A stretch of 62,779 bases of DNA, the filler included, from Sphacelaria rigidula (taxonomy: Eukaryota), in assembly GCA_964200075.2 (NCBI GenBank). It is 11 parts of 11 records of this genome, joined end to end, with 100 filler letters (N's around TTAATTAATTAA, not from the genome) between each part and the next. Parts side by side here need not be neighbours in the genome. Positions count along the whole stretch, not along the records: positions 45,732 to 51,347 come from CAXNAA020025830.1; positions 51,448 to 57,063 come from CAXNAA020025831.1; positions 57,164 to 62,779 come from CAXNAA020025832.1; 8 more parts are not named here. One strand, written 5' to 3'. Below, in pieces: positions 50,228-62,779 of this stretch. A program made the translations under genes and the position numbers. Under the pieces are notes generated by a model, which worked only from the letters and a program-made list of their open reading frames with translations, was not told the DNA's origin and ran no database searches. Each line of letters begins with the position of its first letter. Position 1 is the stretch's first letter.

Positions 50228-53200
50228 CTGTCCAAGGTATGGGTGTCCGTGTGCGGTTAGGTTGAGTGATACAGGGGGGAGGGAGGGAGGAGGGGCGTGC
50301 TTACTTGTTGCTTGCCTTAGTCATTTGATCAGTGACCACGCGTCACTTGCGAGACGGAGCATAGCGTTGAGCAGTAGGGGAGACATCGTTGACAGAGCAA
50401 ACTGTAGGGGTAACAGTCAGGGTCAGATGTTGGTAGCGGGTGTGATCGTCAAGCTATGCTTTTGGGCGACGGCGGCTACTTAAAACGTCGCCGATTCTGT
50501 TTTACCGGGAAAGCAGCACAACCCTCTTACCTTGACAACTGCGCAAGACTTATTGGATTATGGAGGTTGATTCGGAGACGGGATGGACTTGATGGAAAAA
50601 ACACTCGTGTTCGCGTCAGCTGATCAACAAGATCCAGCTTCAACAGTGACTACTATGCCCGAGGACACACCTCTGCAGAAAATATGGGTGCAAGGGTCAG
50701 CCTAGGTGATCCGCGGGGTATTTCTCAGGGAATGAAAAATTGGGGCGCATCCGCAACACTCGCGTAGCAATTCGCCCAACGACAAAAGATAACCGAGCTA
50801 TGGACATGGAGAGGTGCATAAACAACGCAGCATGCGTCACGACAAACAAATCACTTCCATGGCGCATCATGCATGCCATCTATCGCACACAGGAGTTTCT
50901 GCCCTCTTCACACACACACACTCACAAATGCGTCGGCATAGCGTTTTGTAACTTGCACTGCGCTTCTTTACACGCTGGTTGCATGCGCAACAATGCGCAT
51001 GCGCTACGAGTATTGCTGGCTGTATACTTTCGAATGCAACCGACACCCTGTCGCATAAGACACCAACAACGTTTAACATCAACATACATTGCCGCCATGG
51101 TTCCTGACAACTCACATCTTATCATTGTAGTACGAAACCCGGCTGTAAAGCACCACGGTCATACACACTGCTAGCAGGATTACAGGTATGTACGATCGGC
51201 TCCTCATGCGTCCGCCATCGGGCATCTGCAAACGAAAGTAGCAATCGGAGGGGGGGGGGGGGGGGCATACTCATTTGTTGCTTGCCTCAGGCGTTTGACG
51301 GTGGGGCAAGTATCCTTTTAAAGACGGGGCGAGGGGGGGGGGGGGGGNNNNNNNNNNNNNNNNNNNNNNNNNNNNNNNNNNNNNNNNNNNNTTAATTAAT
51401 TAANNNNNNNNNNNNNNNNNNNNNNNNNNNNNNNNNNNNNNNNNNNNCCCCCCCCCCCCCGGTCCGAAAGGGGGGCGGGGGCAAAGGTAAAAAAAAAAAG
51501 GCAAACAACAAAAGAGACCCCCCCCCCCCCCCCCCTCCCCCCCCGCCACCTCAATGTCCCAAGATTACTCTTTTCAATATGCCCTGGCAGTTCTCTGTAT
51601 AAAGTTTGAAAGTGCAACTCTCAAACTTGAGATGAGAATTCCGAAATTACAGCCTCAGCCGGTTGAGAATTAAAACAGAATTCCGTAGGTCATTAACTTG
51701 CTCAGTTTTGATCTATGTGCTTTGAAATTTTGGATGGAGAATGCTAGGGCATGATAAAAATAAAAATTCGGAAATGGAGTTTTGCTTTTTAAATGAGTGA
51801 GGATGCTTTAATCTAGTAAGGATCATTTATTCACGAGAACGTCCCTGAACCACGAAAAATAAAAACGAAGGCCAATTTTGTTCTGTTTTTATTTTGCCCT
51901 TGCGATTCTCCATACTAAAGTTCAAGGCGCAATGCGAAAACCTGAGCCGAGAAACTGACTTGAGGGCCGAAAACAATGTTCATTTTTCACAAAAAAAACG
52001 TCCTGGACTCATGAAGAAGGGAATCTCAGGGTCCTGAACATTTTGTTTTCATTTTGCCCTTGAGATACTCCGTACGCAATTTCAGAACACATCTCCCAAA
52101 TTTGAGGTGAGAATCCCAGATCATGGGTATCAAGTGCCTCTACTCATAATATACGGATGTTAGTATATAATATTATCTGCACCATATCTCGAGATAGGTG
52201 AGGAATTAGGTGAAGGTGGGGGTATCGGTCGTTTCTCTGTGCTCAAGAGAATGTTCACACCAAGAAACACCATCATGCGCAGTACATATCGTTCGGGGTC
52301 TCGTATAGACTTTACTATGGACCCTATCTCCGTACAGTTTAGGGATTATTCTGCATGGGATTTAATCAACGAGAAAAAGTTGGGCCAGGCTTTCAAGTAG
52401 ATGAGAAACTTCCCCTTGATTTGGGTGTTTGATAAGATGGGCGGATCACGGCCCATTCGTCTGCGTCGATGACATACGGCTGTGGGAGCTTAAATCCGTT
52501 TTTAGGCTGGCCCAGCTCGTAGATACCTTTTCCCCTTTCTCTCCGCCTTTTAGCCCACGTCCGCCATGAGGGCCGGGGACTTTTCCCACACGATATCCTT
52601 CACCTTCGCGCCGTAGGCCGTGGTACTGTCGACCAGGTCGACAAGCGACAGCTAGAAGAGGTACGGGTCCGTGCATGCTGCAATCTCGTCCACGCAGTCG
52701 ACGGAGGCACCTTCATGGGGTTTGTTGCAGTGAGGATCGAAGAAGCGCTCATGTACGGCGGTCATCGGCAAGTTAGGGGCCTTCGTGACTACCATAGCCT
52801 CGAGAGTGCCGACAGCTCGCGTACTATTGGTGGTGACGATATTCTCCTGCAGTGCCCTCTCCTCTCCTCCCGTGCCCCTTACCCTGACTGCTCGATGGCG
52901 GAAGGCTGCCTCGTCGTTTTCTCCTTGTACCGTGGAACCGGGATGATGAGCGATTTAAATGGGTCGGCATTTTGTTTTTCTTCTGACCATCCGCATGTCG
53001 ATCACCGGCGATGTTGACGGCGGAGCCTTCGCCGACTGAGCGCGCGTGATGAGACCAGCTACCGGGTCGATGCGAGCGTAAGTTTATTCCTCGATGACTA
53101 CCTCGGATTTGGCAAACGGAATCGGGGACCCAGTCGTTCTTGCTGTAGCGGGCGTTCGAGGGCGCCTCAATCGAGCACAACATGTTGGTACAGGTTTGCA

Positions 53201-53964
53201 GCAAAGCACCGCTTCTAAGGGAGGGCGGCGGTATGCTCGGGGGACTTGCTGTACATCGTGACTTGCTCTTTCTGTGACTGCATCTGCCTGTTACTTTTGC
53301 GGCAGAGTTGTAGTATAGAGAGCACCGTAAGACGGCAGGTCGGCAGTTTTGAGCTGCGGGTGGGAATATAGCGCCGCGAGTACTCTTGCCCCATAAATAT
53401 CCCATCGTCATTTCACAGGTTTTTCCCACCACACCTGGTCTCCCCGAGCCCGAAAGAAGGCGCGAGTTTTCCAGCGCATAAATACGGAAAAAACTCTTGA
53501 TTATGACACATCGTAGAAAGAGGTATGATTTGCATTGTACTGTATTTTCATCGACAATTCCCCATGTTTTGTGTGCCTCATGCAGTGATTTGAGGTAGTA
53601 TAGTATCATGCACTGCTGTGTGCAAGATCTCGAGCTCTGTCCTGCGCGGGTGCACATGCCAGATCCAGTACGAGCATGTATGTGGCTGCGCAAGAGCTTG
53701 CTTTAACCGGTTGCCTTGTGTCAACTTTAGTCAAGAACACAGGGCACCCCTGTTTCTGCTTGTCCAGCGGTCGAACGGAACAGAATCAGAGCACATGAAC
53801 AATTTCGGAACGCTGTCAGATATCTGTCAGTTTAAAACAAGTTTCCGAGCACTTATTACAGCTTTTCTGCCGCTACAATCGATTCATTGAATCGATTGAT
53901 TGATTTATTGATTTGATATATTGTCGCACATTGATTGATTCACGACGGATCTAGCGTGGTCGCT

Positions 53965-54350
53965 TCAAAATAGCTTGTCCAGACGTGCGCAGGTTGTCTG
54001 GCAGATTTTTAAAACAGCGTTTCCCACACGATGTGAACAGGTATTTCTGTCGGTTTCGATCAACTCTCCTGGATATATCCACCCATTCGGCCAGTTTTAG
54101 AACAACACTTTTCACACGTTGGCAGAGTACCTATTCGTGTGGAACAAATATGACCATACCTTCTAGATCAACTACCTGGAACACACGGGAAGGATTTGGT
54201 ATGGTCTGTCGTACGTGTAAAAGCCGGTTTTAAAACTGTTGTATATCTGCCGACGTTTGAAAACAAATGCTGATCTACAAACGAATAGAAATATCTGCCA
54301 ACGCGGGAAAAGGTTGGTTTTAAAATGATGAAAAGCCTGCATATCCTTGG
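53965..54350. mobile_element. Degenerate inverted-repeat (MITE-like) element
   Basis: Left-arm motifs GGCAGA, TTTTAAAAC and TTTTCACACGTTGGCAGA are mirrored by TCTGCCAACGCGGGAAAA and GTTTTAAAA on the right. Confidence 0.5.
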
Positions 54351-54760
54351 AAGGTGTTCTGGGTAGAGTGAAGAGGTATTCTTGGAATCTTCTAGACACG
54401 AGTTCTACTTATTCTCCTACACATCTGTTCTTGCTGCTGTGAAGAGCACATATGCTGCGGTCTATAGAAGAGCCCTTTATCTAGTCTGAACTCCACACTC
54501 ACTCGCACAGGAACTTGTATCCATCCAGGAACCAGTGGTCTCGGACCGAAGCACAAACATTCGCCGCTCCTCTTTTCGAGAAGTAAATTTATTGGTCCCC
54601 GTCACCGAGAAATCGATCAGTATTTAACGCCCACCACCTTCTACCCCGTGTTCCGTCGACGCCTCCTTTGCATGAAATCACCGACACACGGTCGCCTTTT
54701 TTTCTCAGTGAAAGACCCCGCTGTTTGATGCAAATCACCAACAAGGACAGCCGATATGTG

Positions 54761-55371
54761 ATGCCGATAGCAAGAGCAACAAAAGCAAGAGCAACGGCGG
54801 CAGCAACAGCAATAAACGGAAATCCAAACAACGCCGTGGTGAAAATCGCGGACATTATTGGATCCGTGACGGAATTCGTAGACCAAGGGGAGTACCTTTT
54901 CTTTGCGCTTGTATCGAGAGCGTGGCTCCAGGCGTGGCTGACGATTAAGTCCGCCTTCCGCCCGAGGGTAACCCGAACCGTGACGCCGCACCGTTCAGCG
55001 TCTCAACTACTCCAGTGTTTCGACTCTGGCTTACCGCGAAGCGCTGCCGTGTGCAGCGCGATAGCACGTTTGGGAAACCTACACCTTCTACAGTGGGCGT
55101 TGCAGAACGGCTGTCCGTGGAATGTTTGGGTCTTGTCAGGGGCCGCGACGGCGGGTCATCTAGAGGTGCTGCGTTGGGCGGTGGACAACGGTTGCCACTG
55201 GAATAGTATGGTGTGTGCTGCGGCTGCCAAGGGTGGACATCTGGAAGTTGTACAGTGGGCGCGTGCAAGGGGTTGTGCTTGGGACGGCTTGGCGTGTAGA
55301 TGGGCCGCCGAGGGAGGTGAGATGAAAACAATGCGGGGGAATGTATTGGGTGTGTGTAGCGGTTGCTCGAC

Positions 55372-55405
<34 letters not shown>

Positions 55406-56236
55406 GATGTTGATGTTGATGTTGTTATTGTTATTCACACGGATGCCTTGGTCTGTCCCGTGCCGTACTTCACACATGCACGCAAGCCCTGCCGGCGATA
55501 CGGCATCTGCTCCCTTCCAGCGTGTTTCCTCTAGGCGGCCGTCCGGCGTATACTGCCGTGTATAGGTCGTGATGACCCGCGGGTCTCCCTTCTCCGGAGA
55601 GGGGACGAAGGGCATGACGCTTTCCCGAGAATTCAAAATAATCATGTATGCTTCTGTCTTCATCGGCCACCACGGGTGCTCATCACAGCCTCCTGTACTG
55701 CACCCTTGCTTCGTCCCCATCTTTCTCTCTCTCTCTCTCACGATGCATGGCCCCGAACACTTTGCAGGGCATCTACATGTTCTGCAGTGGATCCGCGCAA
55801 ACGGATGCGAATGGAGTAGCGACACTTGCAGCGCTGCCGCCGCCGGCGGCTATCTGGAGGTGGTGCAGTGGTGCAGGGCTCATGGCTGTCCCTGGGACGC
55901 CGAGACGTGTTCAAACGCTGCGCGCTGGGGGCATTTGCGCTTGCTGCAGTGGTGCAGGGACAACGATTGTCCGTGGAACTGGCGTGTTTGCAGCGAAGCT
56001 GCGTTTGGCGGGCATCTGGAAATTATCCAGTTCGCTCGAGCGAACGGTTGTCCCTGGAACTCATCCACCTGCAGTCGGGCCGTAGAAGGAGGCAACTTTT
56101 CAATCCTGAGATTCGCGCACGAGAGCGGATGCGATTGGAACGTGTCCACCTGCAATCAGGCTGCGTTCAGGGGCGATCTAGACACTTTGCGGTGGGCACG
56201 CGCGCGTGGGTGCCGTTGGAATGACGTCACCTGCAG
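54761..56236 (+). CDS. F-box-like N-terminus plus GCPW-type ankyrin repeat protein (exons 54761-55316 and 55768-56236; continues beyond)
   Basis: About 10 repeats of C..AA.GGHLEVLQWAR.NGCPW. The phase-1 GT-AG intron joins AAEG-G-HLHVLQW. The start codon is uncertain (54728 or 54761). Confidence 0.9.
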
Positions 56237-59200
56237 GTACAGTACGGGTGTAAACGGGGTTTTGTACTCAGGGACGATGAGCCCTCGAATCCTCGACGGA
56301 CAAGACTTTTGTGCCTGTGACGGTGTTTGAAACACATCCCTCCTGGTAGCATGCATTCTACATTTCTGCATCATCATTTGGGGTTGCGGTGGCGTTTTTT
56401 TTTCAGGGCGTTTTTTTCACTACAATATACAAAAGTACGTCCTATTTTTGAAGACATGATGGATATCGTCGGTAAAGCCTTACCCACGCTCTTTTCTCAC
56501 CGTAGTACCTGTCCACGGCACGGGCTGGACCCGCTTTATGTGCCGATTTCCCGCAAACAATTAGACATACGTTTTTTTCTTCTTTATTGTTGCAGAAAAG
56601 TACACACACACACACAAGCACGGGCGCTTGCGACTTGTTGCAGCAGCTCTTGCACATTTTGACTGTCCGACACACCAGGCAGCGCATCATGCACCTCGCG
56701 CCCCCTAGCGATCTCTTGAGCTTGATAATACGCGACTGAGAGCATCGAACGAGATGAAAGCTGTCGACAACGTGAGTCTATTTTTGTCTGGCCAGTAGGC
56801 ACCGATACCTCGTGCGTAAACCTTGAGTGAAGAAAAACTAAATGGCTTTCGTGACCGATTTGCATCACACCGATCGAGAGTGCTCGATCAACTCGTGCCT
56901 TTCAAACCCTGCCGTAGACGCCTACCCAAGGGCGCCCAGGAAAAGTTTTCCTGGACCCACACTCACATTTTTGAATTTGGGGCTGATTGAGGGGGGGGGC
57001 GTACTCATTTGTTGCTTGCCTTAGTCGTCTGACCATTGACCACGCATCCCTTTCGAGACGGAGNNNNNNNNNNNNNNNNNNNNNNNNNNNNNNNNNNNNN
57101 NNNNNNNTTAATTAATTAANNNNNNNNNNNNNNNNNNNNNNNNNNNNNNNNNNNNNNNNNNNNGGGGGGGGGCGTACTCATTTGTTGCTTGCCTTAGTCG
57201 TTTGACCATTGACCACGCATCCCAGAGTACAAATCGTGCAACTTCGAAATGAAGAAGCATTGAGAGAATACCACATTCCTCCAGTACATACGGAGAAAGC
57301 CAAGCGTGAAACGGTCGTCTTGTAAAAAAAAATCTGATCCGAAGTAATGACCCCTATCGACCGGTTGTCGGACGCAGGCGTGCTGATCCCATCACGATAA
57401 TTGCTGTGAAAATTTTCAATACGTACATATTCCATGCGTGTCATATTTCAAGCCGTGAGTGGTGAAACGTGTTGAGCAACTTCTCCAGCAGTATCCTTGA
57501 AACACGTATCGCATTAAAATGTGCGATGTTTACTGTGTGTTTTCTTCCCTTGTGATCTTCTGGCGTTATGCCGTGAAATTTCACAAATGCGTTCGAATCC
57601 GCAGTACCAAAGCCGTGCCTGTGACCCATGCTGATTCCCGCCTCTCAACTCGAGACACTTTAGCATGCAGGTGAAAGTGAAGCGCTTCCAACAAAATATA
57701 CGATTGCTGTTTTAATATCGTGATCTCCAGAACGGACACTCAGGGGAGTGAATCTACGACAAAGAACGGCGAGTGGGGTACTCATGATCTTGCATGCCGT
57801 ACTCATGTAACCATTAACGTCGCGCCCCTACAAAGCCGGGGCGGAGCACGCCGGGTTTTCGCCGGATCAGGCCCGCAATCGATCACCAAGAGCGAAGCGC
57901 CGTGATGTCTTCGACAAGTCGCATGAAGGGCGAGCTGCATCCGGCTATGATTGTTCGGCCTGAAGCGTACTGAATGTCTTGCATTTGGATGACAGTCTCT
58001 AATGAGGTGGTTCATTTTTTGGTATCGCCACTCCCACAGACAGCCACAGCTTACATACTGCTTCATGGGTGTCTCACCATGTAGACATCACGTAGTATGA
58101 TAATATCATCTTTTCGTGGAATTGAGGTTCTCCCACGCGGCACAAAGTGATGTGGCTCGACGATCATCATGGTTACCAGAAACAAAAACGCAAGCTCGTA
58201 CAAAAAAAAATGTTCACTCGGTTGCCTAGCTTACGCGGTGAGTCGCGTGTTTTACAGCGTCATAGTCAATCGACGCTAACCCCACAGGAGGAGAGGGGAA
58301 TGGTGGGGGGGGGGGACTGATTCCACGAAAAACAGGGGTTCATGGTGTATCAGACGACCGAACACACTCGTGACGTGCTGTTACATGGGTGAAAACGGTG
58401 TCAAGCAGTATAAATGAGTGTATCTTATGGCACCAAGTACTTAGAAACAAAAGTTGTTGCTTTTCATGACTGTAAATTGGTACTGTATAAACTATTCGTG
58501 CAAGAAATGGCAAAAAATACCCCCCCCCCTCCCCTATCGTAGGATGACTCAAATGACTCAAACGACATGAGTGTAATATTATTCGCATATCGAATGTACA
58601 GTCACATTTCGTCAAAATTCATGAGGGACAATCAAACGAGTCACGTGTGTTCATCGACAAAAAATCCGAATGTATCGTTCTCCTCCCTCTCCCCCACCGT
58701 TTTAGCGAATCATGTCACGAGTCGTACTCCAAAATGAAATTTCATGAGCATAGTAAGGCACACCAAATACCGACGTCATGCCCACGGCTAAGCCTTCTTT
58801 TCCTATACTACAGAACAAAATATTTTGGTTCAACAGTACAGTGAAAGACTCTCTTCCGAAAACCCAAGCAAAAATATCAATCTTGGGCATACAGAGGGGT
58901 CTTCGAAACTGTACTGTAGAGCACAATAGAACCCGCGAACCTCACGGAAACGCGGGCCGGTGGCTCTCTCTCATCTGTTTTACTAAGACTTGCTTGTGTG
59001 CATAATTATCTACACCCGCGTACGGGTGATGGATGGGAAAAACTAAACAGTAAGAAAAAAAGTACATATAATTTGGGCCACTACTCGCAGACGTCGGGTG
59101 TAACGCGGATCGTGCGGAACAGCAGCCGTACAGCACGTACAACGTTTTCACCTGTATCTTAATTCAGCGCCAAATATACATGAAACAACGCCAACTCTAA

Positions 59201-59737
59201 CTCTAACCCCAACCGGAGGCATATCAAGAACCCTCAGGTCAGGGAGGTGAAATGGATTCCCTAGGCAAAGTGTGCCTTGGCAGACCTCAAATCGGCGCCT
59301 GCGGCACCGAAATGGACGAAAACGCGTTCTGCGCAACCTAAGAGCACTCGGGACTACCATCCCTACTAAAGATACCAATCTCGATGATTCGCACTCAAAA
59401 ACCAATGATATCTACCATAGATCGAACTCGGACAAGCTCTCGCAGATTGGACAATGACAACATATTACATCGGCAAAAACTATACTGCATACAGAATCGA
59501 ATTTATATGTCTTGAGTTTGTATATTTGCCAATAGACGACAAATTCGATGCTGTACGCAGTACAGCACTTGCCAACGTAATTTCATGTCCTTGTCCACGG
59601 TGTGCATCTCAACTGACAAAAGGACACGAACACTCCAGACTTGTCGAGTTAGCGCCATAGTGCGTGATGCCGGTCTTACATGGTACCCTCGTGAAAACAC
59701 GCACAGACAGACACCCTTCCAAAGTTATCAAGTTTAC

Positions 59738-59865
59738 CTTGAAATCCACACCCATCTTCTCGAGGCACTGCTTGAGCGACGTGTGCATGTGCAAATGGTC
59801 ACCCGCGTTAAGCAACAGCCGTACTCGGCCCTCCTTGAGAGGCTCCAGCAGGTTCTGCACGAAGC
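59738..59865 (-). CDS. Isolated internal exon, product unknown (FVQNLLEPLKEGRVRLLLNAGDHLHMHTSLKQCLEKMGVDFK)
   Basis: CAG| acceptor, AAG|GTAAAC donor, strong GC3 codon bias, globular-looking peptide. Confidence 0.65.
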
Positions 59866-59984
59866 CTGCTCACATTTCATGTTAACGAACGCATAACCCA
59901 CATGAAACACAGTAAGAAAAGAACTTAGATGAAGTACACCAACAACAAAAAAAGGGAGTAAAACAGATTCGGGAATCAAGACAC

Positions 59985-60268
59985 ACAACGCTAGCTCTTC
60001 ACATGGCGCTTTCATTTATTTCTCGTTCGAATATGAGTGCGTGAGCTCTCGCGGAAGACCTTTTCTACCGGAAGCCATGTTGTAGTGACCAGCCATCTAT
60101 AGTTTTTGTAGTCGTATTTTCTTCGTATACTGTGCTTGTCTGTCTCACCTTCTTGTATTCTTCACATTCCTTCAGCGAGTGTTTACATTATATTTCATCT
60201 CAGGTACATCCATCATGTGACCACGGCTGGGTCCCTGGAAGATCATCCAATGCGTAACAGTCAATCAT
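59985..60268 (+). mobile_element. LINE/SINE 3' tail of the GACCACGGCTGG...(AATC)n type; related tails at 61700-61820(+) and 53878-53962(-)
   Basis: Shares the terminal motif with the RTE LINE at 20470-20555. Confidence 0.6.
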
Positions 60269-62779
60269 GACCGGCGTTACACATGCCTTTTTCCCATGTT
60301 CCTATCCATATCCATATATCCCTGAACGGGTTCGGAGATGGTCACGCTAGATTTTCGCTTTTTTGCATATCGGCTGGGATGAACATGTCTGACACTTTCC
60401 GGGAGAGAGGATCACGTGTACTTCTAAAACGTGGACGGGGAACGGGATCCCCACGTCAAGAGTCTATTGTCGGTGCAATATGTGCCGTTTGAGGAACGAA
60501 ATGTGCCTTTCCGAGAGAAAAAACAGACAAACAGATAACTTCATCTGTTTCGGTTGGACAAAACCTCGCACCGGTTCGTGTCAAAAAGGTTCCGGTTCGT
60601 GTCATATAGGTTCTTGTTCGAGTGAATTATATTCCGGTTGGGTACATATTGCACATTTCCTATCATTTCACACGTGCCCAACAGAAGAACTACGCGCTTC
60701 CTTTGTTCTTCTGGCACTTATTTTCAATCTTCTTCACACTCTGGATAATGACAATGTATCAAATTGTCGAAACGTGTACTGCGTACAGCGTACAGTAGTA
60801 TCGACTAATGCGTCTGTTGCAATAGACGATATAGTACATACTGTACGCAGTACACTTGTTGGCAATGTAGCCCATCCTTCAGGGTGTGATCTCATTATAG
60901 CGTCCATCACGTTCAAGGTGTTCCGACACGATTTACAATAAACATCAGATTCATGGCCACGATTACTTACTTGATGTGAAGCAAAACGTCCTCAGCGTTT
61001 CATGGGGACATACATTTTTTGAGGAATACAATTTAAATCAGTCACCAGGGACACGCGCTTTTTTGTTTCATGTTACACGTGTCTCTTCGAAGTTCGCACC
61101 CGCGCTTTCGGAATAGTTCGATCGTGTTTCAAAAGTCGCGGGACACCGTCAATTTTCGAGCGAGTTTCTGACAGCTTCACATTCGTGGCCTGTAAGTAGT
61201 ATCGATCTATAGATTAAGCCTTTCATATTGGTACAACATAAACTATCGTGGCTTCGGTGTTGGTGTGTACTTAACGAAAAAAACTATCCTCTCACAGTCG
61301 GTCCGTTTAAAAGTCTTTCGGAGGGACGGGGGGAGGAGGGTCATGTACTCATGATCTCGCATGCCGTGGTCATGTAACCATTTACCTAGCATCCCTACAC
61401 AACCAGGGCGGAGCCCGCCGGGTTTTCGCCGGACAAGGCTCGCAGTCAATCACCAAGGGCGAAGCGCCGTGGTGTGTTCGGCGAGTCGCATGAAGGGTGA
61501 GCTGCATGCTGCTAAGATTGTTCGGCCCGAAGCGTACAAATTATTTTGCATATGGATGACAGCCTCGAACGAGGTGCTCCATTTTCTGGTATCGCTACTT
61601 CCGGAGACAGCCACGGGTCACACTGCCCCCCAGGTGTCTCACAGGGAGGGGGGCGGCGGCGAGACTCTGATTTGAACCGCGGTTCGTGTCACTCCTTCCG
61701 CACTTGATCCTTTTTCAGCGAGTTTTTCAGTCTTGCTTTGTCTTGGGTGTATCATGTTGAAATGACCACGGTTGGATCATGACTCCTGGGGAATCAGCCA
61801 GAGTGTCACAATCAATCAACCAGGTGGCGTCGCCACTTCAGAACTTCTAAATCAGTGCGACGCTGGTTCTGCTTTTCTCTGTGGGCCACCAACAGCCACT
61901 ACATAGGTTTCACTCAGGGGTTCTCATTCACGTATATAGTGCTCGAGTTCCTATTTGTGAAAACTTTGAGGCTCGAGTTCTCAACTGCCCAGTTCTCAAG
62001 TGGTGGCATTGCGAGTACCTGAGGAGGGAATTCTTCTCCATCGGGAGTTTTTGCGTTACTTAGAGAAGCAGCTGAAATTTGGACCATTTGTCATTTTACT
62101 CGTCGTCACACAGTGCGTGAGCGCGTCGCACTTGGCAGATTTCCGTTAAAAAAAACTTTGGAGACCGATTAAAAAAAAAATCAAGCATCTCAAAATGCAA
62201 CCAGAAACAAAATAAGAAGCGTTTTTCTACGTACTCATATTCTCCCCCTCCTCCATTATACGCTCAGGCCCTCCCGTTCCTCGAGACACAAATCCGTAGT
62301 GTCGTCTCAGAGGATCAGCCCATCTTTCCCCCATTACTTACTTGCCCTGCAAATAATTGTTTTCAGGCGTTGGAGTGGGACTATTGCACCACACCGCGTC
62401 GGTTCTCGTTGGACTTCCCTCATCACTCACGCCTTCAGGTTTCCAATGACGGAAATCCGAAACTTCTACACGTAAAACAACTCACGAGTTAACTCAGTAA
62501 TGTGGTGATAAACCCATCCAGTGGGGGAAGGTTTCGCTGAATTATACCATATAACTCAACCAGTGAAAAATTATGCCGCTGAACTACGAGCTGGTTCAGA
62601 TTGAACGCCCAAAATTCATTCCCCGGGATTTCCTCACGCCGTTTTTTCGAGTTAGACCACGAAAACCTGCACACATGTTCTTGAGGGCACTATCTAAAAC
62701 TCGAAGACCGTTTTTTTTTTTTTATGTCGAGATAGTCGGGATCTGACCCCTCCCCCGGTCAAGTAGGTCAACCGCGACC

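Noticed and set aside
47634..50260. Many plus-strand ORFs overlapping the 914-aa ORF (likewise antisense ORFs at 40342-41275 and 27071-27827)
   Set aside because: Antisense shadows of GC-rich coding exons.
50531..50650. Candidate upstream exon of the O-FucT-like gene (ends AG|GTAAGA, phase compatible)
   Set aside because: The acceptor is ambiguous and the peptide unrecognisable; not enough support to list.

Overview
Eukaryotic, intron-rich and transposon-rich DNA, most consistent with a brown alga (Phaeophyceae). That assignment is an inference from the short exons in kb-scale introns, the repeat landscape and the gene families. The window is NOT one locus. It is 11 unrelated scaffolds of 5616-5617 bp, sorted by size and joined by an artificial 100-nt spacer (N44-TTAATTAATTAA-N44), so nothing can be inferred from proximity across spacers. 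Recognisable gene pieces: an RTEL1-like helicase exon, the last exon of VPS35, the first exon of a short-chain dehydrogenase, the 3' four exons of a possible RNase III-domain protein with an RGG tail, five exons of an SP/TP-rich low-complexity protein, an O-fucosyltransferase-like gene with a 2.7-kb acidic GWxW-repeat exon, an intron-containing F-box-like/ankyrin (GCPW-type) gene, and two unidentified exons. Most other long ORFs in the track are antisense shadows or noise. Mobile DNA includes a Gypsy/chromovirus 3' end with LTR, RTE LINE remnants, a tRNA-derived SINE family, and piggyBac-, Harbinger- and Sola-like MITEs. The most notable patterns are (1) two related short retroposon-like families ending in poly-C that repeatedly sit in sense orientation just upstream of 3' splice sites, (2) a minisatellite built from the RTEL1 exon/intron junction, and (3) the giant GWxW-repeat exon. 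No prokaryotic-type system (CRISPR, operon) is supported.
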